The notes beneath the pieces were generated by a model that searched no databases, was not told the DNA's origin, and was given only the letters and a program-made list of their open reading frames with translations. This document shows, piece after piece, positions 41,621 through 54,037 of a stretch of 64,000 nt of DNA. Position 1 is the first letter of the stretch, and every line of letters starts with the position of its first letter. The DNA is from Octopus sinensis (taxonomy: Eukaryota). The stretch spans positions 50,964,001 to 51,028,000 of the forward strand of contig NC_043004.1 of NCBI RefSeq assembly GCF_006345805.1, in the 5' to 3' direction. A program made the translations under genes and the position numbers.

Positions 41621-42058
41621 TGTGTGTGTATAAAGAAAGAACACAAATGAGTTAAGGATCCCTACAGCTGTTTCCGGAGCGTTTTTTTTTATTGATGAAT
41701 AAACTTATTACATCATAAAAAAACTGTTTTCTTCAGGTGAATTAAAAATTTGGTTCAGAAAAAATATCAACATATGGAATGTGTGTTGAGCCTCCCATTT
41801 TTGCAACAAGTAAGAGTGTATACATGTATATGTGAAGGTTGTTTTACTATGAAGTACCAGTTATGTATGGAGGGTTGATTCAGTCCGTTAATACACACAT
41901 GTCACCTTCAAACTACAGGCCTTGTAGCAATATATTAAACAATATTGTTATAATAATAATGATAATGCTTTTGTTATTTTTTAATATTATTTAAATGAAA
42001 AAAAAACTATTAAAACCATAATAACAATAATGATATATTGCATATGTTTCAAGTTGTT

Positions 42059-42089
<31 letters not shown>

Positions 42090-43130
42090 TTATATATTTG
42101 TTACTTTTTTGATACTGTTTGATATTAAATACCATTATTGTTGTTGGTTATATATGTCGTTTGTCTTATTTTTATCATTACTTTTCCAAATATATTGTTA
42201 TAGCCATAATCATTATCATAAACACCATCATATTTATCATTACTACCTTCATTGCACTGTGTAATATAATTTTTGTTCTAAGGTAGCAACTGTTATTTCC
42301 TATTTCTTTACACCTAGAAACTATAAAAAATGGCTAATATTTTCTTCAAACTTTGCTCTTTTCTTACATTTATTCAAATCCCAAAGAATCCCTCTCAATA
42401 CATGGCTATGATGCTCCCCAACTGCTCCTGCTCATGATCAGAGATACACATGTTGTCAGCCACTAAGGGACATGCTCAGGTGGTTATGGTCAAGCAAATG
42501 ACCAGCAATCAGTGGTATCAAGTGGAATATTTACTACAACGATATTTCTGTTTCAGCAAATCAGCACTGAATCTGTTTGAAATGTCATGGAAAGTAGGTC
42601 AGTTTCAAAACATTGATGTCTAGGTCACAAGAGCAAAGTTTTTAGGGAATAGTTGTAATTTCCTTTGATTTCTAGATAGAAGCAAATAGGAAATAAACAC
42701 TTACTAACCAAAGACAAAACACACAATGAAAGTTTTGTTACACAGTGTTATCAGCCTAGTTCTCATTCCCACCTTCATTATTGCCATCACTATTACCATC
42801 ATCATCCACATTATTATTATTATTACCGTTATCATCATCTTCACCGCTGTTGTCATAGTCATTATTATCAATATTACCCCCTCCATCATCATCAACATTA
42901 ATGACATTATCATCCCTTGCCAAAGAGGGAGTCTCAACATGGTAGCATGAACTGCTAGAATTGGTAGCTAAGTTGCCCTAAAATTGAATCTACCATCTTC
43001 AAAGCAGAAGACATTTGATATATCCAGATTATATCATGGTTTTTCCAGCAAAAATTTTAGATATCTACCAAAAAAAAAAAGAATTGGTTTTTCTGCGAAG
43101 TCATGCTGTATTGTAATGAACTTGACACAT

Positions 43131-43490
43131 AGGCGCAGGAGTGGCTGTGTAGTAAGTAGTAACCAACCACATGGTTCCGGGTTCAGTCCCACTGCGTGAC
43201 ATCTTGGGCAAGTGTCTTCTGCTATAGCCCCGGGCCGACCAATGCCTTGTGAGTGGATTTGGTAGACGGAATATATATATATGTGTGTGTGTATGTCTGT
43301 GTTTGTCCCCCTAGCATTGCTTGACAACCAATGCTGGTGTGCTTACGTCCCCGTAACTTAGCGGTTCGGCAAAAGGGACCGATAGAATAAGTACTGGGCT
43401 TCAAAAGAATAAGTCCCGGGGTCGATTTGCTCGACTAAAGGCGGTGCTCCAGCATGGCCGCAGTCAAATGACTGAAACAAGTAAAAGAAA
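43131..43490 (+). mobile_element. SINE family A
   Basis: ggcgcaggagtggctgtg...ggttcagtcccactgcg...gactgaaacaagtaaaag. Confidence 0.88.
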
Positions 43491-43599
43491 AAAGAATCTC
43501 CAAAAAAAAAAATGCCTTTCAAACAAGACATTTCTCAACAAAAAATTGATTTATAAAACAGTTTTATACAGTGAAAGGTAATGAAATATTGAGTGGATA

Positions 43600-44450
43600 T
43601 ATCTGATTTCCGCATTAAAAGGATTAAATGTCTGTTTCTACAAATGAGTTCAAAAGGCTTTTGTTAGGTCAACAAAGGCCAGATGCAGTGGCTTGTTCCT
43701 GGGTTTGGCACTTTCCTTGAAGTTGATGCAATGAAAACATGTCTTTAGTGAATCTTTAGGTGAGACAGCCAAACTACAAATCAAGATACTCTGTTAGTTG
43801 CTTTCTGAAGTTTTTGCAACATTATCTTATCAGAGAATTACCCAAATATCCTGGAAAGAGTTATTGCCTCGAGTTATTAGTTTCAAATTTTGGCACAAGG
43901 CCAGCAATTTCGAGGGAGAGGGTAAGTCAATCACTTTAACACCACTGTTCAACTGGTACTTATTTTATCAATCTTGAAAAGATGAAAGGCAAGTCGACCC
44001 AGGCAGCATCCAAACTCAGAACGTAAAGACAAACGAAATGGTGCTAAGCATTTTACTTGGTGCGCAAACAATTCTGCCAGTTCACCACCTTAATTATGCC
44101 TCTAGTTATTGCAATTAATTGTATTGCCTTTGATCTTGTGTATTGCGACAATGTTGGCAACCAACCAAATCTTGTGAAACTGCACCCTGTTTCAAACAAT
44201 GATTGGGAAAATGTTTGAGGAAAACTGGTTTGGTACTTTTCAAAACTCAAATGCAATCAATTCTTGGTGTTTTGTTTCTTGCAAATTGTCCACAAGTTTT
44301 ATGAGGTCCTCTGTGGTAGACAATTTATCTAGTCTGGACATAAACATGAGATATTTAATAGCATCTAGAGGTGAGTGGTGTACAATATCCTCTCTTGGAT
44401 GAAGTTTAGAGTAATCTATCCAGCTCTTCAAATTTTGATTGCATCAGTAC
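43600..44450 (-). pseudogene. Old RTE-type reverse transcriptase remnant interrupted by a SINE
   Basis: Minus-strand decayed motifs KGNTINCNN*R (cf. KGD..DCNNYRG), DMFSLHQLQGKC and KPLHLAFVDLTKAF. Confidence 0.7.
43879..44096 (-). mobile_element. SINE family B with a 14-bp TSD
   Basis: tgcctcgagttatt (43865-43878) / tgcctctagttatt (44097-44110) flank the SINE. Confidence 0.8.
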
Positions 44451-44559
44451 AGTTTTCTCAATGCTTGTGTATATATACTCAGGGATATATATATATATAT
44501 GTGTGTGTATATATATATATATGTATATCTATGTATGTATATATATATATGTATGTATC

Positions 44560-47500
44560 ATTATCATCATCATCATTTAACGTCCGCTTTCCATGCTAGC
44601 ATGGGTTGGACGATTTTGACTGAGGGCTGGCGAACCAGATGGCTGTACCAGGCTCCAATCTTGATCTGGCTGAGTTTCTACAGCTGTATGCCCTTCCTAA
44701 CGCCAACCACTCCGAGAGTGTAGTGGGTGCTTTTTACGTGCCACCGACACGGGGCCAGTCAGGCGGTACTGGCAACGACCTCGCTCAAATATTTTTACAG
44801 GTGCCAGTAAGGCGATGCTGGTAACGATCACGCTCAGATGGTGCTCTTGGCACCCTACTAGCACGGCACAAGTGCCAGTAAGGCGACGCTGGTAACGATC
44901 ACACTCAATTTGTGCCTTTTATGTGCCACTGGCACGGAAGCCGGTTAGCCGCTCTGTCAACGATCACACTCGTATGGTGCTCTTTGCACCCCGCTAGCAT
45001 GGATGCCAGTCATCGAATTTGATTTTGATTTTGATTTCACTTGCCTTAACAGGTCTTCGCAAGCAGAGTTTAGTGTCCAAAGAAGGAAAAGGTACGCATA
45101 AGTGGGCTGGTTATGCTCCTGGCATAGGCCACGAGGTTATGGTCTCATTTGGCTTGCCGGTTCTTCTCAAGCACAGCATATTTCCCAAAGTCTCGGTCAC
45201 TAGTCATTTCCTTGGTGAGGCCTAAAGTTCGAAGGTCGTGCTTCACTACTTCGTTTAGGTCTTCCTGGGTCTACCTCTTTCACAGGTTCCCTCAACCGCT
45301 AGGGTGTTGTATTTTTTCACACAGCTATCCTCATCCATTCTCGCCACATGACCATACCAGCGCAGTCGTCTCTCTTGCACACACCACATCTGATGATTGT
45401 TAGGTCCAACCTTTCTCTCACGGTACTTACATTCTGTCGAGTATGCACACTGACATTACACATCCATCGGATCATACTGGCTTCATTCCTTGTGAGCTTA
45501 CGCATGTCCTCAGAAGTCACAGCCCATATTTCACTGCCATGTAGCATGGCTGTTCATACACATGCATCATACAGTCTACCTTTTACTCTGAGCAAGAGGC
45601 CTTTTGTCACCAACAGAGGTAAGAGCTCTCTGAACTTTGCCCAAGCTATTCTTGTTCTAGCAGCTACACTTTCAGCGCACCCTCCCCCGCTACTGACTTG
45701 GTCATCTAGGTAATGGAAGCTATCAACTACTTCTAGTTTTTCTCCCTGAAATGTGGCGGAAGCTGTTCTCTGCGCATTTTCAGTGTTTATTGCTCCTCAG
45801 CATCTGACACATACAAAAACTATATTCCCAGTTAGCCTTCTTTTGATATTACTGCACCTCTTATGTGTCCATAGCTTACACTGGGTACATCTTATAGAGT
45901 TTCTACCTACGCCTCTACTACAGATTGAGCAGGACCATCTACCTGAAGGGATTTGTGGTTTGCCTGCCTTCCTTCTTATTAGGACTTTGGTTTTAGTTAG
46001 GTTGACTCTAAGGCCCTTCGATTCTAATCTTTGTTTCCACACTTGAAACTTCTCTAGTTCTGATAGTGACTCAGCAATTAGGGCAAGGTCATCAGCATAG
46101 AGGAGCTGCCAGAGGCATCCTGTCTTGAATTCCTCCGTTATTGCCTGGAGACTATGAAAAATAGGAGGGAGTTGAGGACTGAACATTGGTGGACCCTACC
46201 TCTAACCTGAATTGTTCTGTGTAGTCGTTGCCAACCTTCACCTTACTGACAACATCCCTGTAAATGGTTTGCACAGCTCTCACTAACCATTCATCTATCC
46301 CTAGTTTCCTCATTGAGCACCAGATAAGGGATTGGGAGCCCCTGTCAAAGGCTTTCTCCATGTCAACGAAAGCTAGGTACAGGGGCTTATCTTTGGCTAG
46401 GTATTTCTCCTGCAGCTGTCTTACCAGAAATATAGCATCAGTGGTGCTTTTCCCTGGCACGAAACCAAACTGCGTCTCATCCAAACTGACTCTCTCCGTA
46501 ATCAGTTGGGCTATGACCCTCTCCGTGACCTTCATTACCTGATCCAACAGCTTTATACCTCTGTAATTACTTGTATCTAAAGCGTCACCTTTACCTTTAT
46601 AGCAGTTGACTATTATGCTGCTACACCAGTCATTGGGTATGACTCCTTCGTGTGTCACCTGGTTAACTATACGGGTGACTAGGCTATAGCCGACACTGCC
46701 AGATATTTTGAGCATCTCTGCAGTAATTCCTGATGGGCCTGGGGCTTTCCCTGTCTTCATACTTTTAATTGCTATATCTACCAAGGAACTGTCAACTCTG
46801 ATAGCTGGTCCCTCTGTTGGGTCGACATTCGGCAGACTCTCTTTCTCCCATTCATTTTCTTTATTCAACAACCTTTCATAGTGGCATCTCCAAACCTCTC
46901 CCTTTGCATCCTCATTTAACGCAAGTGAACCATCATCCAGGAGGACACATTTCTCTCCTACAACATCACGATTCTCTCTCACGCACTGTCTTGCAACACG
47001 AAATACCTCAAGTCTTTGGTCCTCACGGCGCAGAACATTGGCAAATTTTTTCTTATCTGCTTCCCCTCTGGCAAAATAAACCTGCTTCCTAGCTTCCCTT
47101 CAGGCAGTCTGATACAATTCCCTGCTACCACTGTTCTTCCAGTCCTTCGAAGCCTGTTTCTTTTGTCTAATAGCACTGTCAACAGCGCTGTTCCACCACC
47201 ACGTTATTTTGGGTCGAGAAGGGACTTTGCACCATCCACAGATCTGGTCGGTGGCCCTTAGCAGGTTGTCCCGTAGAAACCTCCAGTTGTCTTCTACACC
47301 ATGTGAAGCTATATCCCCTTCTATTTCGTCAAAGGCTTCGAGTAATACGTCTCTAAATCTCTGTCCATTTGCAGGATCTTTAAGTCTCCAGACTTTTCTT
47401 CTCCTTGCTGGTCGTCTTCTGGGCATCCATTTAGCTCTGGTCCTGAAGTCACTAACTGCCAGTCTATGCTGTGAGGTACATTCTTCGCCTGGGAAGGTTT

Positions 47501-48114
47501 TGGCATTTATAAGCAGCCATCATTCCCTTTTTCTTGTGAGGATGTAGTCAATTTGACTAGTGTCTCTGCCAGAGCGGTAGGTGACTAGGTGACTGGCAGG
47601 TTTTCTGAAGTTAGTATTGCAAACCATAAGATCATTTGCATCACAGAACTCCAGCAGCCTGGTTCACTCCTCATTGCGAGGGCCAAAACCGTAGCTTCCA
47701 TGTATGCCATGGAAGCCAATGACATGTTGTCCAACATGTCCATTGAAGTCACCAGCCACAAAGAGAAGGTCCCTGTCATTCGTCAACGCGGTAGTCTGCA
47801 TGAGAGTGTCATAGAATCGGTTTTTCTGTCCATCGGGGTAGCCCTGGCTGAGGGGCATAGGCCGAGATAATGGTTGCTAACCCATGATGGAGCACTAATC
47901 TAATCTTAAGTATTCTGTCGCATACTCTGACTACCTCAATTACATAATGTACCCATTTCTCCGCAAGAAGTATGCCCACACCCCAACCCCGCCAATGTTC
48001 CCTGCCCAGAAAATCTTGTACCTCTGTTCTTTGCCTGTGAGGAACCTAGCAGAACCTCCTCTCCACCTTACTTCTTGGATGCAACACATATCGACACATC
48101 TCCGTTCAAACATC
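44560..48114 (-). mobile_element. RTE-clade LINE, slightly 5'-truncated, with disrupted ORF (~45145-48114), 3' UTR and (GAT)n tail
   Basis: APE endonuclease (CIQEVRW, AGDFNGHVG, IDYIL), RT (KAPGPSG, NYRGIKLL, QFGFVPGKSTTDAIF, AFVDMEKAFDR, LLYADDLAL), C-terminal MLHGSEIW; several frameshifts and stops. Confidence 0.95.
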
Positions 48115-48740
48115 GTATGTATATATATATGTATGTATGTATGTATATGTATATATATATATAATATATATATATATATTATATATATATATATAGGTAT
48201 GTATATATATGTATATATATATATGTATATATATATGTATGTATATATATATGTATATATATATATATGTGTATGTTAAATGGATGTACTATTAAATTAG
48301 TATACAACTTTCTCACCCTCATTAGTTGATTGTAACTATGCTACATTTAATTTTGGATGTAGTATCTGTTTCCGTGAGTTTTGGGTGGCCATGACAGGGG
48401 CACTTAAACTATAGCAGCGAATGCAATTGGCTGGTCCACACGTGCGTTTATCGTGTTGGTAAAGTCTAGCGTGCGGTCGAGTTAATTGTATTCTGAATGG
48501 GTTCGGCCGAGGAGCTACAAATAAAGGTATATTATGTGAGTAAAATTACATAATTTATTAATTTATTAATAGCGAAACAATTGTCCCGAACTAATTTGAC
48601 TTTTTGTTATGTTTATTTGTCCTGTCTGCGCCAGTAGTTGTGCTAATATTCATCGGAAACATTTTTTATGTGGCTGAAGCCCAGTGGATCTATTTTTAGT
48701 GCTAGAGTAGTGCTCTCTTATATTTATGTGTATGTATATA

Positions 48741-48789
<49 letters not shown>

Positions 48790-48832
<43 letters not shown>

Positions 48833-48912
48833 AATATATATGTATATATATATATATATATTATATATATAACGCTTTCGTATTTGGAAGCCTCTTATTG
48901 TATATATATATA

Positions 48913-48990
<78 letters not shown>

Positions 48991-49068
48991 AATATATATG
49001 TATATATATATATATATTATATATATAACGCTTTCGTATTTGGAAGCCTCTTATTGTATATATATATA

Positions 49069-49122
<54 letters not shown>
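48790..49122. repeat. ~155-bp tandem duplication of a microsatellite-embedded unit
   Basis: aacgctttcgtatttggaagcctcttattg at 48871 and 49027 with the same (TA)/(TG) context. Confidence 0.85.
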
Positions 49123-49123
<1 letters not shown>

Positions 49124-49518
49124 CCTAGACAAAAAGTTCAGAAAAAGCTATGTTCAGCTACATTGAATAAAGAACTGAAAGATAAGCATGGGAGTAAATA
49201 AGCATTGAACTCTTAATCGCAACTCCAACAAAATATTTTGTTAGGGTTAGACCATTCTAGCTGATGAGCCATATTTGTAACAAGGCACATATAAATTCAT
49301 CACTGGTATAAACAGCATTTGGGACTCAAAAGCCACTCACTGCATGTTGCTGCACAGAAAAAAACATATCAATCCACAACCGTTTCTGTGGCGGATTCCC
49401 GTTTGACTGAGCGTGGGCGTCGTCGTCGCTCTAGTTCGAGTTGAGCGACGGCAGCTTCTAACAATATATATATATATATATGTGTATGTGTGTGTGTATA
49501 CACACACACACACACACA

Positions 49519-49560
49519 CTAGCAATGTATCCCGGCGTTGCCCGGTTGTTATGACCTCAA
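49519..49560 (-). mobile_element. Helitron 3' terminus (element extends rightwards, extent uncertain)
   Basis: Minus strand: hairpin ccgggcaacgccgg, short spacer, CTAG followed by T. Confidence 0.7.
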
Positions 49561-51047
49561 GCACATTAAATTATTTGCTCATTTCTCATGAGCAGAATTG
49601 GCACAGCTGATATATAGTTAATGGAATAATGTAAGTTATTTTTCAATTTAATAGTGAAGGGTGAGGGTACAATTTGCATGGGTTTACAACTATTCCCTAA
49701 AAACTTTGCTCTTGTGACCTGGACATCAATGTTTTGAAACTGACCTACTTTCCATGACATTTCAAACAGATTCAGTGCTGATTTGCTGAAGCAGAAATAT
49801 CGTTGGAGTAAATATTCCACTTGACACCACAGATTTGCTGTTCTTAAGAAGGATCACAAACTGTGTTGTTTCATCGTCTAAAAGGTGATTAATACGATTT
49901 TGTCCAGAAATCACGTTTTCAAAATTTTAATTTCCCTCTATCCCTACCGCAATGTCTTAATTGTAACTTTTTTTCAATTTTTTTTTCATTATCTACAGAG
50001 AAAAATACAGAGATTAGGAATCTGGGAAATATATATATATATATATATTTCTTTCTTTATTTCTTTCTTTCTTTATTTCTTTCTTTCTTTATTTCTTTCT
50101 TTCTTTATTTATTTATCTATAGTTTCCTTTTTCTTGAAGAAACACTCAATGCCCACTTTCAAAAAGCTAAAATCTCCCAATTTTTTTTTTACTTTTGTCT
50201 GATGTTTCTCTCATGCGTAGAATTCTACTGAAACAGTAGACTTCAAAAATACCACACCACCACCAGAAAACCCGACATGCTAGAAAAAACAGGTAAACGA
50301 CATTATTTCTGAAGAAACTTACTTGCTTTCCAAAAAGCTAAAAGTGAAACATTGGGAGTGTGTAGCTTTTTGAAAGTGGTGAGGTGATTGGTAACATTTT
50401 TTTAAGATACGTACTCTCAGTTTTTCCTCCATGGATTACTAAGGATAAAGATTTGGAAGAAGTAAAAAATATATTTGGTGTGGAGAGGGAGAAAAGGAAA
50501 TTATTGAGAACGTGTTTTGTGGGTGAAATCCTAATCTCCTGTATCGCAAACATAGGAATTGGAAGGAAAAAAAGGTGTGGGGAGGAAATGTTACCTCGGA
50601 CATGCTAGAAAGAAGAGGTAAAGGACAGGATTTCTGGGAAAACTTCCTTTTAAGTTTATATCGAAGATCGGGTTTTTAAATACGCTCATCACAAATACAA
50701 ATTACACGATAGAAAAAGATAATTTCAATTGGGTTTGAGTTGTAAATTTGCACGTGCAAATTAACATTATTCGCATAGAAGTTTTACTTGGACTGTGTGT
50801 ATGCATGTGTGTCAAAGGAAGTTATTTTATGGCATTCTTTTATTTGAAGAAGCAAAGTTGTCAACTCGACATATATGGGATCATATGATTGTTTGTTAAT
50901 TTCCGTAAAATTGATTAAATTTCTGTATGCTTTGAAGAGACCAGAAATTGGAAGAGAGAATAAAGTGAAAAGGCGACATTTGTTTTGAAGTGAGAGGAGA
51001 AAGTGTAAGATGTATGTGTATATGAAATGGACGTGTGTGTGTGTGAG

Positions 51048-51089
<42 letters not shown>

Positions 51090-51163
51090 AGAGCGTGAAT
51101 GAGTGAGGGTGTGTGTTGTGATGTATGAAAGTTTTTGCATGTATGTGCAAGTGGCACTCACTC

Positions 51164-51222
<59 letters not shown>

Positions 51223-51370
51223 TTATCTTTCATATACACGTACATAAACAGGCAGAGGTAAAGAATACGCACACCACTCGTGTTCAGCGTAATGCTAACC
51301 GTAAACACAGGGAGTGCGTATTCTTGACCTTCGCCCATAAATACATATGCATACATCTTTTTTGTGCGTG

Positions 51371-51413
<43 letters not shown>

Positions 51414-52093
51414 GCTGTATTTCTCTCATAACATATAGAAAAATTGATATATTTTTATACAATTTTTTGGTTGTGGCTTATTTTAATACAATATTTATGT
51501 GTACATTTTCATAAATGTTGGTCTGAGTAGAATTCTACGTGTGCGTGACGAAAGTAATACATTGGAAGCAACGTAGTTGTCGAGGTTATTTTAGTTGTAA
51601 AAAAGAGTTGTTGAGTCAAAAACATAGTTTATTTGGTGGATAGATAATAAGCAGCTTTCTTTATTATAATACTCATGTAACTAATTTGGAGAAACATTAC
51701 TTTCATTAGTCACACATCATCACTCTCGCAATTTTGGTTCAAACTGAAAGAGTGAAGCTATTTTCATTTTGGTAATGAAACCTGGTCGTTGTAGAGAAGC
51801 GTATTGTAGAGAAGTGCATTTGAAATAACTGTCTGCAAGCAATAATAAATCTCTGAGCGAGATGTAAACAGTAACCGCTCGACAACGTAAAGTATACTAG
51901 CCATATCAATATGGCTAACCACTAAGGGTTAAATCAGTGACGGAAGTCACTAGAAAAACGTATAAGTATTTGCAAACAGGTCTTCCTTTTATCGTCTCCA
52001 GCTGGCTATAGCTGGTTGTTGAGATAACATAGAAAATATGTAAATGAAAATAAAGTTTATTTAACATGTGTAATTGAGTTGATTGCTCTGGAA

Positions 52094-52268
52094 GGCGGCG
52101 AGCTGGCAGAATCGTTAGCGTGCGGGCAAAATTGCTTGAGTGGTATTTTGCCTGTTCAAATGCCGCCGGGGTCAGCTTTGCTTTTCATCCTTTTGGAGTC
52201 GATAAATTAAGTGCCAGTGACCGGTCCCCTCCCCAGATATTTCAGGCCTTGTGCCTATAGCAGAAAGT
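52094..52268 (+). mobile_element. SINE family B
   Basis: ggcggcgagctggcagaatcgttagc head; tgattgctctgg is repeated on both sides (~52080-52091 and ~52272-52283), a probable TSD. Confidence 0.78.
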
Positions 52269-52929
52269 ATTTGATTGCTCTGGTCTTAACATCAGTTGGT
52301 AAGAATAGAAGTCATTCGGCGACATCCTTTTGTTTGTAATTGGCTATCGTGTTGCAGATTCAATCCGAGGAATACTGAAATAATACCCATCTTGACCATT
52401 CTACAGAATAAGATTATACTGGAGAGCATCATAAGAGGGCTGAGTCTGTGGAACACGTTTAAGGTTATCTTGAACACGAATGAGAATATCATGATTTCCA
52501 ATGGGATCACCAACCATAAGGATGGCTACTTCATTAGATGTGGGCTCATTAAAACAGCATAAAATGTTCTTTACTATAGTTTACTATAGCCGTAACGAAC
52601 GGAGAAATACACACACACGCACGCGCGCACACACACACACACACACACTCATAGAATTGATAATATTAAAAACAGCAAAATGTGCACACACGAAGTCCAA
52701 GCGAAACGAAATGTAGTCAATATAGGTGCAAAAAATACTTTCTGTAGCATAGTTATACTATAATGTAAAGTATACTAGCCATCTCAATATGGCTAACCAC
52801 TAAGGGTGGGTGTTACTGTAGCTTTTAGCCCCAGGAGATCATCGTCTCCAGCTAGCTTTAGGCACACTTTCTGTGCCCTTATGATATTTGCAAAGGGAGG
52901 TCATCCCTCTCTCGTAAACCTAAGCGATA

Positions 52930-52975
52930 CGCACGGACTGTAGTTTCGAGGTAATTTCCCTCTTGTCAACGTACA
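52930..52975 (-). ncRNA. Minimal type I hammerhead ribozyme, U3-A8 core variant
   Basis: Minus strand: UGUACG UUGACAA GAGG gaaauua CCUC GAAAC uaca GUC CGUGCG. Stems I, II and III all pair; GUC cleavage triplet. Confidence 0.72.
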
Positions 52976-53748
52976 GCAGTCACCGGTTTACGATAAAAGG
53001 AAGACCTGTTTGCAAATACTTATAGGTTTTTCTAGTGACTTCCGTCACTGATTTAACCCTTAGTGGTTAGCCATATTGATATGGCTAGTATACTTTACGT
53101 TGCCGAGCGGTTACTGTTTACATCTCGCTCAGAGATTTATCATTGCTTGCAGACAGTTTTTCGAAATCAGTGACGGAAGTCACTAGAAAAACCTATAAGT
53201 ATTTGCAAACAGGTCTTCCTTTTATCGTAAACCGGTGATTACCGTACTTTGACAAGAGGCAAATTACCTCGAAACTGCAGCCCGTGCGTATCGCTTAGGT
53301 TTACGAGAGAGGGATGACCTCCCTTTGCAAATACCACTCTCTCCCTCTCTCTCTCTCTCTCTCACACACACACTTCTCCACTTTTTGTTTTTTCACAAGG
53401 TTTCTTTTCTACACCTTTCGTTCTCACTTTCTCTCTGTCCCTTTTTCGTTTCCTGTCCTATAGGACATTTCCATTTTCCTTTGCCTTATTCCATATCAGA
53501 GCATCTTGCGGCGGCCGCACGCCTTCTCGTTGTACATGTATAATTATTTTAAGTCGTGTTTGCTTTCGTCATTGTTCAGTATGTTCGTTAGTTAATCCCA
53601 GTAGCTTCTCGCCACTTGCGCCACCAAAAGTGAACAATATGAAATTGTTATGATCATTGGAACGTTCACTCATAAGGAATTAGCTACGAATTTTCCGTTT
53701 GCTGTGTTTTTGCTAAATTTTTGGAATAAATCCTTTTTGGAATATATA

Positions 53749-53810
<62 letters not shown>

Positions 53811-53930
53811 ACAATCAAGGAACGGCCATAATAGGCCATTCACCCACTAGAAATAACAGCCAAAGCTTCAACCGCAAATAAAAATCAATTCCGTAAACCA
53901 GGAGAAAATTTAAAAAACATTTACCCTGTA

Positions 53931-54037
53931 ATTTCTTATACGATGCACCGTTTCATCTGCTGTTTAATGGTAAACTAACCTGATTAAATTAAATCAAGCT
54001 AATCTTCCATAGGCCCTCAGATTCTTCAGTAAGAAAT
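53931..54037 (-). ncRNA. Type I hammerhead ribozyme, copy 1 (intact)
   Basis: Reverse complement of 55714-55820: stem I AUUUCUUA/UAAGAAAU, CUGAAGA, stem II AUCUG/CAGAU, GAAA, stem III ACGGUGCAUCGU, GUA triplet. Confidence 0.85.

Larger units (their letters stand above)
51825..53332. repeat. Mosaic of direct and inverted copies of a hammerhead-bearing repeat (51825-52010, 52762-53160, 53164-53332)
   Basis: 51826-51995 is the reverse complement of ~52990-53158; 52885-53053 is the reverse complement of 53164-53332; 52762-52806 is the reverse complement of 53056-53101. Confidence 0.88.

Noticed and set aside
44240-44431. Minus-strand ORF as an exon of a second host gene
   Set aside because: Sits in register with decayed RTE RT motifs; transposon remnant.
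49261-49295. CTGATGA-GCC...GGC hammerhead
   Set aside because: The stem is followed by ACAT, not GAAA; no stem III.
53821-53850. Helitron 3' end (hairpin + CTAG) explaining the 490-bp array
   Set aside because: This CTAG is internal, followed by A rather than T, and not at an array boundary; the hammerhead explains the unit better.
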